Positions 1-13,809 of a stretch of DNA of 64,000 bases are shown here, one piece after another (within the stretch, counting starts at the first letter, position 1; every line of letters begins with the position of its first letter). Below the pieces are notes generated by a model. It worked only from the letters and a program-made list of their open reading frames with translations, had not been told where the DNA came from and ran no database searches. Where the stretch lies: the NCBI RefSeq assembly GCF_009914755.1, contig NC_060926.1. The stretch is one strand, 5' to 3'. The position numbers and the translations under genes were made by a program. Origin of the DNA: the human T2T-CHM13v2.0 reference genome, Homo sapiens.

Positions 1-2
1 AT

Positions 3-120
3 GCTGACCTGAGCCCCATCTGATCATTGGCCAGCACGCTAACCTGGGCCCCATCTGATCATTGACTGGCACGCTGACCTGGACCTCATCTATCATTCAC
101 CAGCACACTGACCTGAACCC
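3..120. repeat. 35-bp degenerate minisatellite, ~3.4 copies (may continue left of the window)
   Basis: Unit GCTGACCTGAGCCCCATCTGATCATTGGCCAGCAC starts at 3, 38, 73 and partially at ~107. Confidence 0.85.
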
Positions 121-3100
121 TAAATCCCTCGGGCCCTTGACCTCTCATCACATCCCTCCTGCCAGGACCCAGCCCAGAGAGCATCTGGCCATCTGATTTC
201 TCTTTTACTCCTGGTTGGCTAAATGAAGCTAATGAAAAAGTCACATAAATGGCACCAAAGCAAAAGCATGATGTCCAGCCTTGCTGGCCCCTCCTAGCCC
301 GAGGCCCCAGCCCTGTCCGCTCAGGGGTGCTCTGGCCTGCTGCAGCGAACATGAAAACATGGAACCTGCCTAAGGGGTGAAAGCTCCTTCTCTTCCCTTC
401 CCGTCCTGTCCCGCCTCAGACCAAGCACCGGCCTCTGCCTCCTGTATCCAGGGCCTTTCTCTACCCACCCGGCATCTGCCGCCCACTGTTGGGTCTTGGC
501 CTCCCTCCTACAGCTTCCCCCAGCCCTCAGGCACCTTCACAACCATCCAGGGCAGCTGGGCTCCTCGCAGGATGCCCACACTGCCCATCCAGGGCAGGCA
601 AGCTGGGCCCCCCATGGGAAGAGCAGGGAGCTCCTGGCTTTGCCCTGGATCCTGGGAAGTGTTGCTACGATCATGGCCCACACAAAGCTCCATTGTTCCC
701 CCAAACAGTAGCAATCAGAGTTCCGGCCAAGTTGGACGCGTAACAGAGGGCACCCATGCTGCAGAGATCTCCATAGATCCTTTCTCCGTTCCCCACCAAG
801 CCACACTCTCGCTGTCCCTCCAACCCCACCAGTTCCTCCTCCCCATCCTTGATTCCCTTCAGGACTAACCCTGGGGGTTCTGCCCGGCTGGGCTCCTCCC
901 CTGTGGCAGGAACCCCAGGCTCAGTCTAGGGGAGCTGCCCCTTCTCAGAGGTGGAGGCTTTTCTGGCACGTCACTCAGCGGATGCATCTGTGGGAAGGGC
1001 CAGTCCTTTGCCTCCGCCACCTTGAGACGTGGCCCTGGCTCCTCTGGAGATGACGATTCAATCAGAAAAAGTACTTCAGCTCCAGTAAGGTGCTGGGATC
1101 GGCTCAGGGGGCCCCATGGGTCCTCAAATCCCAGCGAGGGCATGCTCTGCAAGCTGATGACACACCCTGCACTGACCACAGTATCCGGCACATGGTATAA
1201 GTCATGAACCCTGGCCAAGGAGGCATCAAACAGCACAGAACACGGTGAGCAGTCAGTGCTTCCTTCCAGCACCTCCAGGAAGGACAGCCCAGGCCTCCAG
1301 AAACGTGTGTGCGGCCTTGAGATGGGAGAGCACTGAGGGGACCTCGGGGGAGGCCCGGCAGAGGACACAGCTGCCTGCAGGAAGGCCTTAAAGCTCAGAA
1401 GGCCACCCGAGAGGGGCTGTGACTTTCCCATAAGGGAACAAGTGTCCAGCGGGGTGGGTGATGCTGTCACCTCCCAGTCACAGCTCTCCAGGACATTCCA
1501 GAATTGACAACCAGTGCACCCTACAGTCTGTATCCAGCAGACATCAGCCCACCCCTGCCCAGGGCCATCGGCTGCCATAAATGGGGCCTCTGTCTTGAAT
1601 ATGTGGGTTCCTGGGTCACCCAGCATTGTGTAAGGAAGGTGTCTCTCAAGATGAGGAGTGGAGGGGGCACAGCTGCTTCTGTGGCTGGACTCTGGTCTTG
1701 CACACCAAGGCTCTGTTTCTTCATCTGCAAACAAGGACAATTTGCCCTGAGCCCCTTCCATGTTGGCTGGTGAAGCCACCGCCCAGGTCTGGTGGGAGTC
1801 CCCAGGGAGGGAGTGGTCCTTCAGCAGTGCCAGGCAGGGGTGCCCAGGGTCTGCAGGGGCAAAGGGGTGGAATTCAGAGTCCAAGAGACAGATGTGCTTG
1901 GAGGAGAGGGGGCCGTCTTCCAGGAACCTGGAGGGAAAGGAGGAGAGGCTCTGTCTGGGGACAGTGGCCGAGTGTCAGAGCCTCTTTTTGAACCTCAGAA
2001 ACAGGTTGTTTAAAGAACTTCTCCCTCGAGTTCCACTCCAGAAAGTAGCAGCAGGAACACGATCCAATCAGCAGCAGCATCAAACCGCCTGTGTGAAGTC
2101 ATCCATGCAGCCGCCCACACACGTCCTCTGCCTTATCTGGTATCTGATGATTTTTCTGGAGAGGAGCCATGTCAAAGCTGGGATGCCTGGCGCTCCTGGC
2201 CCAAGGCTCGGGACAGTGCCCTCTCCCTTCCTCTCATCCCCACGCAGGTGCCCGTCCAGCTCGCACTGATCTGTGCGTATCCGTGCTGCAAGTGCTTGGG
2301 CCTTTGCTGGCACCTCCGTTCCTGTGGCCTCAGCCCCTTCTCCCCGTGCTTCGATTTGGGCACTTTGCCCTTCCTCTCAATTTAGCGGGGGTATCACCTC
2401 TCCTGGGAAGCCCCCCATGGCATTTCCAGTCCAGTTTCATGACTGCACCTTTGGAAATCTCTGTCCCCTGTGTTGAAATGACCCACATCCTTGTTTTCTA
2501 GATCATTTATGCCTTGAGAGTAGGAACTCAGGGGCTTCAGCTCTCTGCCACCAGCACTGAGCACACAGTGGGCATTTGATCCTGGCCATGACAGAAGAGG
2601 GAAAATCAGACCCACCTCCCAGGGAATCAGGAGCAGGTGGCCAAAATCAGAGAGATGGATGCTGGGAGGTCATCCAGACAAACAGCCTCAGTGTCAGGCA
2701 GGGCTTCCAAGGACAGATGGGTGGATTCTGCTGTGATCCCAAGAAAGAGGAGAGGGGGAGGAAGCAGAGGTCTGATGGCGTCACCTTAGAAAGGCCACGT
2801 GGGGGCAAGGGCGGGGCGGAGAGTTCCCAGGCAGAGATTGGAGGGAAGGCAAGACAGGGGTCATCCCAGCCAAGGCCAGGACACCGCTGGGGCCAGAGCT
2901 GCTTCGGATGAGGGCAAGGGAAGCCAAGGACAGTTGTGACACTTTGTGACCACCATCATTAACTTCAGGCGGTGACTCTGACAGCACAGACAGGCACAAT
3001 AGCATGCTGTGCTCAGGAGGAAGAAAACACACAGGGACCCAGGAAAAATAAGTGATTCCACTGTAACGCACTGGGAGGGAGCCTGCCAGCTTCTATGTGA

Positions 3101-4367
3101 AACAGTCCTCAGCACCACATCACCCAGCTGTCACAGGGCCAGGCTGTTATCACCCCGTGCAGAAGGGAAGGACATGGCGCCTGCTCTCAGAGCTGGTGAG
3201 CTGCAGGGCTGCTGTGTGGATCTGTGCCTTTGACACTGAAGCCCAAGTGCTTCTCCAGAGGAGTGGACACTGGGCCCAAGGAGGCAGCACGGATCTGCCC
3301 AGCCCCGGCTTTCTGCCATCCACCAGCACAGGAGTGTCTGTGGAGTAGTCCTGGAGCTCTGGCCATCTGACGCCTCCACGTCTAGAATATACCAGGTCAT
3401 ATTCAAACAGCAGGCTTCCCAGCCAGCTGGAGCAGATGGACCCACCGCTTTCTGCCTCCCCAACTTTCCCAAGGTCAAGAAACATCCCACACTGCTCCAT
3501 TTCACCCCTCATGAACCTGCAGCCTAATGGGAGCATCAGCCCCAGGCAGGAGCAGGTAAGACCGAGGCTAAGACCACGGGACTCCAGGACAAAGAGAAGA
3601 TACTGGAATTGGGCTCCTTCCTGGGCAAGGAAGGGCCCTACCTCAGGAGAACAGCTGGGGTCTAAGCTGGCAATGGGAAAGGGGGGCTCTGGCTGGAAGG
3701 CAGAGGGCTGAGAGCAGAGGCAGAAAAGCCACCATGCTGGTAGGGAAGGGGTGGCTCAGGAAGACAAGGATCCCTGCAGGTGGCAGGCCCAGGAGAGTGC
3801 AAGAGGACAGCAGTCACACGGCACAGGGAGGAGGCAGGACAACAGATCTCAGGGCTTTGGAGAGAGAGCCTGAGATGTCCCCGGATAACAGGACTCAAGG
3901 GTGCCTTAGGGGTGCCGTGCCCCTTGCACAGAGAAGACTGAAGACAACAAAGAGGGAGAGATCATCACTGGGGAACGGTTCTTAATAAACCATACGTAGG
4001 GCGTTGGGGCACCAGGGGAGAAGATAAAGCGTGGATGCAAGTTCGGCTGTCGGGGGTTGCAGGAAGGCAAGAAGGGATTTGAGGGACGGTCCCTGTCTGC
4101 TCAGAGAAGCAGGGAGCCAGGGCATCAGCTGAGAGTGAGGGGCAGGTGGGGTGCACAGAGAGGGAAACTGAGTCACTGTAGAGCATCCAGAGGCGCAGAC
4201 AGGGTGTCCTGTGCAGCCAAGGGCTGCAGCCAGGATTGCGTTCCCTGTTCCCTGGGGGCCCAGCCAGTTGCGTTTGCATTTTCTCTGGCAGTGGGCGGCA
4301 GTCTGAAGCATGAGTCAAAAAGGGAAGCATGGGGTACTAGCAGAGAAGGAGCGTTGGGTATGGTTGG

Positions 4368-4744
4368 TGATATGGTTTCGATCTGTGTGTCTGCCCAAAC
4401 CTCATGTAGAATTGTAATCCCCAGTGTTGGAGGTGGGGCCTGGTGGGAGGTGATTGGATCATGGGGGTGGAGTTCCCCCTGGGTGCTGTTCTCATGACAG
4501 TGAGTGAGTCCTCACAAGATCTGGCTGTTTAAAAGTGTGTGGTACCTCCCCGTCTCTCCCTTCCTCCCTCTCCGGCCATGTGAAGTGCAGGCTTCCCCTT
4601 CACCTTCCACCATGATTGAAGCTGAGAACATGCCGCCATGCTTCCTGTGCAGCCTGCAGAACCCTGAGCCAATTAAACCTCTTTCCTTATAAATTACCCA
4701 GTCTCAAGTATTCCTTAATAGCAGTGGGAGAATGGACTAATACA
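4368..4744 (+). mobile_element. MaLR solo LTR, MSTA/MSTB-like
   Basis: Starts TGATATGGTTT, contains GGAGGTGATTGGATCATGG, ends AAATTACCCAGTCTC...GGACTAATACA. Confidence 0.85.
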
Positions 4745-6264
4745 GGTGAGAGGGAGTGCTAGGTATGGGAGGGAAGAAGAGCATTGGATTTGGGAGGGGA
4801 GGTGGGTGTTGGGTACTAGTAGAGAAGGGAGTGTTGGGCTGGTCCTCCATTGGTAATTTCCCAAGCCCCTGCATAAGTACCCTGGGGAGGGGGCTAACTG
4901 AGGTTCATATCCCAAAGTGAGACATGGGATACGGAGGTGTGCTATGGGCAACAGGCAGGATAAAGACTGGGGGAAGGAGAGATCTTAAGAAGTGGATAGG
5001 CAAGACCTTGCAAAGCCTTCTTAGGTCCAAGCATGATTTTCCTTCGCCCTTGTTGTAGGAGCAGTACCCAGCTTCTCCTAGGGAATGGCCACTACCCTAT
5101 CTGCTGGACGTGGCTCTGGATGAATCAAAGAAGTTCCTTTGACCTTGCCACATTTACCCGGAGGTGTTTTGACTCCATGGCAGATACTTTGCCCATTTGC
5201 CACAGAGCAGATGGTTACTGAGAGTTCGTAGAGCTGTTAGAAACTTATGAAAGAGCCTGATGAGCCATAAAGTGGACCAGCTGTGGACAAGAGCAATTAT
5301 CAAGAGTAATGGCTCAGGATTACCTAAGAAATACAAACACATTTTTTTCAATTCAAAATTAATATTACAGCAGACATAACACAAAATAAAGCCAACAATA
5401 ACTGAAGCAAAAGTTATTATAGATTTAAAAAGCTATAAAACTGAAGCATACAGCAAAAGTTGTTTTAGATTAAAAATTGAACAATCAGTCATTGTTAACA
5501 TTGAAAACTATAAAAATTGAACTGGGGAAATTAGAAATTATCAGTGGAAAATGCAACTGACAGTATGTAAAAATACAGATGTTAAATTTAAAATTTGTAT
5601 TGACAGAAGAAGAAGAATTTTTTTTAAATTTAGAGCTGTGCAAATTATTCGAGAAATTTGGCTTTGTAGAAGTAATGGCCACAAAAAGAAGACTCATTAG
5701 AGCAGAAGATTCACTTTTTGAAATTAGACTCGAGTAAGGAAAAAAAAACAAAAAGCCCACAAAAAGAAAGGATGAGTCAAGTTATCACCGAAAAATAAAA
5801 ATGGAAACAATTTGGTTAACTGCTCTGTTAGAAAATTGACCCAAGAACTAAACTGGGTTCATGGAATTTGCTTCAGAAAACGCTTCCTTGACAAATGTCA
5901 ACAGTTGTTTTAATTCTGATTAACGTGATGGGTCATGAACTTGGAGTCAAGAGCTCTCAGGGTGAAAATGCCCACTGGGTCAAAATGGCAGAGTCCGAAC
6001 AGCCTCACTGCGGAGGGCCCTGCAGTCGTGGGGTTCAGCCCCCCGCCGGCTCAGGTGGGCTGCTCATGCCACACCATCCCCTATGGGGAATCCAATGTGT
6101 GTCTGTCGAGCACAGCCCACCACAGTCCTTCAACAAGATTTAATATTTGGACTCTGCAAGGAGGACTTTCTTCCTTCTAGACCACAAGCCACAAGAATCT
6201 GGACATGAAACAGTCCAGTACTCACCATGACAGCCAGGTGGAGACACCTGTTTAAGAACAAAGC

Positions 6265-6679
6265 TGATGTGGTTTGGATGTTTTTTCTCTGCAAATCTCA
6301 CATTGAAATGTGATCCCCAGTGTGGGAGGTGGAGCCTGGAGGGAGGTGACTGGATCATGGGCGTGGATCTCTCATGAATGGTTTAGCGCCGTCCTCTTGG
6401 TGATGAGTGAGCTCTCCCTCAGTTTTTTCCTGCAAGATCTGGTTGTTTAAGAGTGTGGTGCCTCCCCCTTCCTTCTGGCTCTGGCTCTTGCCACATGATG
6501 TACCTGCTCCCTTCCACCTTCTGCCATGATTGGAAGCTTCCTGGGCCCTCACCAGAGGCAGATACCCATACCATGCTTCCTGTACAGTCTGCAGAATTGT
6601 GAGCCAATTAAACCTCTTTTCTTCATAAATTATCCAGTCTCAGGGATTTCTTTATACGATGCAAAAATGGACTGACACG
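6265..6679 (+). mobile_element. MaLR solo LTR, MSTB-like
   Basis: TGATGTGGTTTGG start, GGACTGACAC end, 5-bp TSD AAAGC on both sides. Confidence 0.85.
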
Positions 6680-7281
6680 AAAGCCAATCCAAATTGAGAT
6701 GGAGAGAAGGGAGGAAGACAGAGAGAAAAGGAAAGAGGGAAACGACTGACAGCGTCTCTCGAGCCCTTGGCTCCAGCGGTTCCTGGATCTGCCAGTTGGG
6801 GGAGTCAGTCAGAGTCTGGGGCATGCGGAAGTTGACCTCTTAATCAAATGATGGAGCCGCTGTCAGAGGGGAGGTTTGGGAAGGTGCGGAGCAGACAGTG
6901 GGGATGAAGATTCGAGAGATGAAAAGTCCTGGGGAATGCCAAGATCTGGCCACGGCCATGAGGATGTTTGCTTGGGTAACGATGAGTCCACATTTGAAGA
7001 AAGCTAAGGGGCCTGGGGCTAGGATGATGCATGTGCCACCCTCTTGGGCTTCAAAGTCATCTGCAGTGGTGTCTGGACTTGGGTGGAAAATTTAGTGAGC
7101 CAGGCTCCAAAGTTCCTGGGGCCTGTGGGGAGGGGACCTGGGGGAGGTGGTCAGGAACTCCACAGATGGCAACAGGTGGAGGAAAGGCTGGCACGCTCAG
7201 ACATGGGGAGCCTCAAAACCAAGAAAGGCCACTCATAGCCCCGGCTGTCAGCGTTCCATCAAGGTCAAATCCACCTACCCA

Positions 7282-7721
7282 GTGCTGAGAGTCGAGTTGT
7301 GTCCCACCAAAACTCATGTGTTGGAGTCCTAACCTTCTGCCCCTCAGAACATGATCTGATTTGGAAATGGGGTCATTGCCAGTGTTACTAGTTAAGATAA
7401 GGTCATGCTGGAGCATGGCGGGCTGGAGTCCTCCTAAAAGGGGGACATTTGGACACAAGCAAATGGGGAGAAGGGCACGTGAAGGTGAAGGCGCAGATCA
7501 AGGTGGTGCTTCTGCTAGCCCATGAACACCAAGGCTGCCGGCAAACCCCAGAGGCTGGAGAGAGGCCTGGAGCTGCGGCTGCCTCCCAGCCTCAGAAGGC
7601 ACAGCCCTACCGATACTGTGACTGTGGCTTCAGGCCTCCAGCACCATGACCCAGCACACTGCTGTAGCTTAAAGCACCCAGTGGGTGGGACTTGGTTATG
7701 GCAGCCCCAGGGCACTCACAC
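7282..7721 (+). mobile_element. MLT1 (B/C/D-like) MaLR LTR
   Basis: Motifs TTTGGAAATGGGGTCATTG, AAGATAAGGTCATGCTGGAG and terminal TTGGTTATGGCAGCCCCAGG. Confidence 0.75.
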
Positions 7722-8540
<819 letters not shown>

Positions 8541-8744
8541 ACACTGCTTTAGGTTTTTAAAATAGAAATAAAAGCAGAAGAGGTTGCTGGAGGCAGTGAC
8601 CTGGGGTCCGGGGTGTGATCGACCCTGTTTTCTGTCCCATAACAAGGGTGGGGCTCCCCGGGAAAGCCTGATAGTCAGAGATCAAGAATAAGCAGGAGTT
8701 GTTCCTGGGGAGAGGCAAGCTTCAGAGCCCGTCCTTCCTCTCTC

Positions 8745-8900
8745 CGTGCACTCAGTGGTTACCTACTGAGCACCGACTACAGCCGGGCAATGTGCCAGGC
8801 ACAAAAGTGCGCGAGTGAACAAAACCCCATCCTGCATTCCATGCAGGGAGGGAGGAGACAGCAGCGAGGAAAACCTGGAACTCATCCTCCAACAGTGATG
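8745..8900 (-). mobile_element. L2 3'-end fragment
   Basis: CTACTGAGCACCGACTAC...TGTGCCAGGCAC resembles the reverse complement of the L2 tail. Confidence 0.45.
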
Positions 8901-10570
8901 CAGGTTAGGAAGGAATGTAAAACTGGGGGTGGCAAGAGGCAATCAGAGGGGTGCCACATTAGCTAGGTCCTTCAGGAAAGGCTCCGGGATGATGTGAAGG
9001 TCGAATCCTGAAGACAAAGGGAACTGAGATGCACCAAGAGCTCCCGGGCCCACTTGGCGTCTCTGCCTCCCCCTGCCCCAGTCCTTGGCCTGTAAGGACC
9101 CACCCACTTGAGACCTGCTGAGTTTCCTGAGGAACCTCAAGGAGGTTCTTCCCCATGTGGGGTAGAGGAGACCGGGATTAGGCCATGGGCTCTGTCTCCT
9201 CTGTCATCGGGCAGAGCGGAGGCACCACCCCCAGCAGCTCCCTGCCACAGGCTGCACGGCCTTGGACAACCGTCCCCGGATTGCATGTCTGAGACAGCTT
9301 TATCTTCGTGAAGGGAGATATGGGGACCCCTGAGAGGGGCTTTCTAAGTGCCTCCTGGAACCCAGGACTCCTGGGGAAACCGTCTTTTCCTTTTCCCATT
9401 GCACGGTTCCTATTCTTCATGCCTGTGCTGGTCTCCCCCACCCCACTTTGGGCCTGTGTCTCCCTGTGCGTCCCTGGGCTTGTGGCGCGGCGGAGGTTTG
9501 CTCCTGAGGGTGACTAAGCGACAGGATTTGGGCAAGGGCTGGGCCAGGCCTGGGAAAGTTGAAATGGGTTCGGCTCCCAGCTTTCCACAAGGAATCAAAA
9601 ATCCCAGTGAGGCTCCCACCACCCTGGGGCCCCGGGCCACCCTCCATGCCCTCCCTGTCTCCAGGAGGTGTTTTCCTGCTCCCGTGGGAAAACCGGACCA
9701 GGTAGAAAGAGGACGCGCTCGTGAGAATCCCTGTGCAAGGACGTCCGCGTAGTTTATTTTACTTAACAACCTGAGCATGCTTCATTTCTGGCAGGACTGC
9801 CCAGATAATTCATCACTTGGAACAATTCTCATTTTCATTTAATGGAAAATAAAAGACGGCCCCAACCACTGGCCATAAAATTGGACAAATGTCATATGAG
9901 GTGAAGGGAGAGGGACGGAGGTTTATTATTTTGCTTTCTTGCAATTGGCAGTCTCCTGGCTACCTTCTCCTTCAGGGAAAAACTCTTCCTTTTCATGCCG
10001 GATAAAACCCAGCCATCAGAAGTGTAATCCTCTAGGGAAAGAGGTGTATCCCAGAGCCAGAGCTCACTGCTTCTCCCGAGAGCCCGTGCCCTGCACTGCT
10101 GACTGGCCCTGAGCTCCCCCAGAGCCACCAGCCACATGGGTTCCCGCACTGATCTCCAGCTGGTTTTGAAAAATAATTTGAATCTCTCCATGGGCACATG
10201 GCAATGTGTTCTAATCTAACACAAGCTGTGGCTGCAGGGCCCGGAGCACAGGAAGAGGCCACAGCTGGGGAGTCTCCAGGTCCTGGTGGTCCTGCTCATC
10301 AGATGAATCTGGGAGAGAGAAACTTGAGGTCTTCGAGTTGATTCTGCAAGAGCCAACACTGCTATGAGGACACCGAACTGTGAATGGCACCGCAGGGTGT
10401 GTTTCCTGGGGATAATGAGAGGCCAGACAACCCCTGGGCTTCCAGCAGGGATGGAGGTCTTGGCGGGTGGCACAGAAGCACTCGCCTCTGCTGCTCCAGG
10501 CCACTTCACTGTGTTATTCGGAGCACACGTGTCTGCAGGGGGCGTGAGGTGCTGTGACAACAGATAGAGC

Positions 10571-10657
10571 CAAGCATGGAAGGGCCACAGGACGGAGGGT
10601 CATCCCCACCCCTCAAGCATGGAAGGGCCACAGGACGGAGGGTCATTCCCCACCCCT
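10571..10657. repeat. 43-bp tandem duplication
   Basis: CAAGCATGGAAGGGCCACAGGACGGAGGGTCATCCCCACCCCT twice, differing by one inserted base. Confidence 0.9.
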
Positions 10658-10934
10658 CACCACGAGGGCGGGCCAGACCTGGGCAGGGAAGGGGTCAGCT
10701 GCATGTGGTCACTCAGGACCTGCCATCAAGGGTGGCCATCTGGAACTCAGAGCTTCCAAAAGCACCCTGGGCCACCATCCTAATCGCCGGAAGAGCAGAC
10801 ATCCCAGAGAAGGAACCTGGGAGGGCCTTCCGGGGCCGGGTGCGGAGGAATCCTGAGTCGCTCCCTCACACTCTCTGGGCCAGAACTCAGCCACCCAGGT
10901 CCCTGGCAGCAGAGCGTGCTGGAAGTGCAGCCCA

Positions 10935-11126
10935 GCACAGCCGAGAGTTCTGGGGCCAGCGGTGGCTGCCACCATCCCTTTCCCAGAGGGGGCCCTGGGC
11001 ACAGCCAAGAGTTCCGGGGCCAGCGGTGGCTGCCACCATCCCTTTCCCAGAGGGGGCCCTGGGCACAGCCAAGAGTTCCGGGGCCAGCGGTGGCTGCCAC
11101 CATCCCTTTCCCAGAGGGGACCCTGG
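10935..11126. repeat. 64-bp GC-rich minisatellite, 3 copies
   Basis: Units start at 10935, 10999 and 11063 and are nearly identical. Confidence 0.95.
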
Positions 11127-12274
11127 GAAGGGAAATGGAGGGGTGCGGAAGCTCTGCTGTAGGCGGGCCAGACGGGAGAACTGAGGACACCCATGCTGGG
11201 AAAGAGACTCGAGCTTTGAGCATCTTCAAATATTTGAAAATCGTTAGTGCTTTGACTGCCGTGAGTCCAAAGGGAAGTGGAGAAAACGGGCAACGATCAC
11301 CAAGAGCTATTTTGGGTTTCCACGAGAAGTAACAGCAAGCCAAGATCTCCCGGACTGGAGCAGCTTTGCGAGGCAGGGATCTTTGTCCTGAGACGGCTGT
11401 CAAGCCTCCGGGGGTGCGGTGGGGACGGAACCCACGGGCCACAAAAAGGTTTCAACCTTCCAGGGTGAAAATTTTGCAAAGCAGAAGCTCTCCCCCATCC
11501 AAACTTCATTTTAAAAATATATTTCCACACTTTCCTCTTTCCTTTTCTAAATCCATTCTCTTCTGTCCTTTTCTAAGATCTGGGACTCCATCATCCTTCA
11601 CTTCTCGGAAAAAAGAGCCTGCAGGCCTGGGTCCAGCCTGCAGAAGGCTCAAACTCTGTCTCGGCATAGCCACACACGGAGCTCCTTTAATTCCAAGCTT
11701 CTTCAGCAGAACAAAACATTAATGGGGAGAAGGGGAGTCTGTTGAAAGCCACCTACCTACTTTTAGAATGGACAAGAGAGATTACAAACCCATGACTGCA
11801 AGCCGCTGTAAACTTTAACAAAGTACCATTTTTTATTATTACTGAGAAATATTTTCCCACGCTGTTCACGTCTGCGAATTGGGGGAGGGAGGTGGAGAGT
11901 GCGAGGGCAGGTGTACCTGAGACCACTAGGTAGACAGCGTGGGCTAAGAGCAGCTGAGGGCTGTGCCTGCTGCAGCAGCCTTCAAGAAGGAAGGAGCCCC
12001 AGACGTGCCAGCAGAGACTGCCTCCCAGACATGGACTGTCCACCCATCTCCAGCAGGGCCAGGGAGTGTGCTTCCAAGTGGGGGCGTGGCACTCAGCCTG
12101 CAGCTCTCAGACTGGATGAGATGCCCCTCAAGCCCATTGGCCTGGCATTGACCACTGGCACTCACCCCATGGCAGAGGCGGCTCAATGACAGAAAGAGCC
12201 CTGGGAAGCAAGGCCCCCATTCTTATGGGAGCTCAGCCTGCAGCTCTGGTCCCTGTGGCCCCAGCAGCACCGTC

Positions 12275-12432
12275 CGCTCCCTGGGCCTACACCCGCATCT
12301 TCATCTGAGAAGTGAAATGGTTGCAATGCTTGTCCTCACTACTTAGGGTTGACCTATGGTCAAATGCAAGAGTGTGTGCAGAGCTTAGCCTCTGATGTGT
12401 GGTTAAGACTTAGTCATGCAAGCTATTATTAG
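12275..12432. mobile_element. MIR fragment
   Basis: CTTCATCTGAGAAGTGAAATG...AGAGCTTAGC...GCTATTATT MIR-like core and tail. Confidence 0.45.
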
Positions 12433-13809
12433 GAGTATTAAACATCAATCACTTGAGGTCACCTTCAGCTCCAGCTGTGCAGGCCATGCCTCAGTCTCAC
12501 TGCCAAACACCTCAGGGCTAATTTCAAGGTATTGTATTCCTTGAGTAAGTGTATCTTTAAAACCAACTATAAAATCTCCTTGTCCTATAGAAAATCACAG
12601 ACTCCTGAGCCGGCTGCCTGCAGATGGGTCAAGAAAGAGGCAGACCACAACGTGAACTCCCTTCTGGCAGCCAGCCACCGTCCTCCCCAGGCACCAGACC
12701 CCAAGCCCACCTGGCAGGGACCTGGGCTCCCAGCACTGGCCCAGTACATGCAGAGCTCATGGGGAGCATTGCACCTGTTAGGTGACTGGGCCAGGTTGTG
12801 CTGTTGAGGCCAATGGCAGGTCCCCTGCCTTCACAAGCAGGGCCAAGCAGCTGCAGGGTACCCTGTGCTGGGCCCTGGCCAGCCCTTCTTGCGTCCCTCA
12901 GCAGCGTTTGCTAGAACAGAGCTGCTGGCCTAATGAGTTTTAGGATGTTTATCTCTCACACCACGGAGCATATATTCCTGAGTGTGTGTTTAAATCCACA
13001 CATTCCAAAGGGCAACCAGGGATGTTTATCCAAGGCTCACTCTCCTCAAACCATTGTTTTATGCCTCCCTGTTTTCCAAGCCATTTCCTATTTTCCTGCT
13101 GATATCATGAAAACATAAAATTTTTCCGCACACGCTAAGTGCCTAGAATGGCAGCCAGCTGGTCTAAAGCTGGAAAGGGCCATGAGAGGATCAATGGCCC
13201 ACAGGAAATGGGCGAGGAGGGCTCCTCGATGGCTGCTGCGGCTGACAATAGGCTCTGCACATGCTCTGTGACACATGCCCCCTGGGGGCCCTAAGAAACC
13301 AGCTGCTGACCCTTCCGGGCTGGGAGGAATGTGGGGAAAGTGTAAACCGGGGGATGAGAGATAATGGCCTGGCCCCATGAGCCCAGCCCTCCTGGCCAGC
13401 TTTGCAGAACAGCCCGGAGGGCTCACATGCTGACTGCAGGCCTCCCTGCTCCCTCAAGGGAACTTTCCCTCCGAGACGGAGCCTCTGGGCTGGGGGTGGT
13501 GCACGCCTCCCTGCAGGTATTAGCGGATGCAGATACTGACTGGTGGCCTCGGTGGGAGGCGCTGCTGTTCTGCAAACTCCCAGTGAGGGTGACGTGGCTG
13601 GTCTTGGGGGGGTCACGGGCTGCTCGGTTATCCTTAGTGAAAACAGTCACTCCAGGCACAAAGCTCTGTCACATATAAACTATCATCCCATGAGGGAAGC
13701 AGAGAATTCTCCATATTGCAATTTGAGAAAATGAATAGGGAAGTAAGTAACTGTGGAAATTCACAAACCAGGTCATTTATTCACTCAACAAATATCTCTT
13801 GAGCCCTGC

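Noticed and set aside
865-1884. 339-aa minus-strand ORF
   Set aside because: No recognisable domain; composition is typical of chance GC-rich frames and it overlaps a MIR-like motif
10576-11442. Overlapping ~200-aa ORFs on both strands
   Set aside because: Produced by the GC-rich 64-bp and 43-bp tandem repeats
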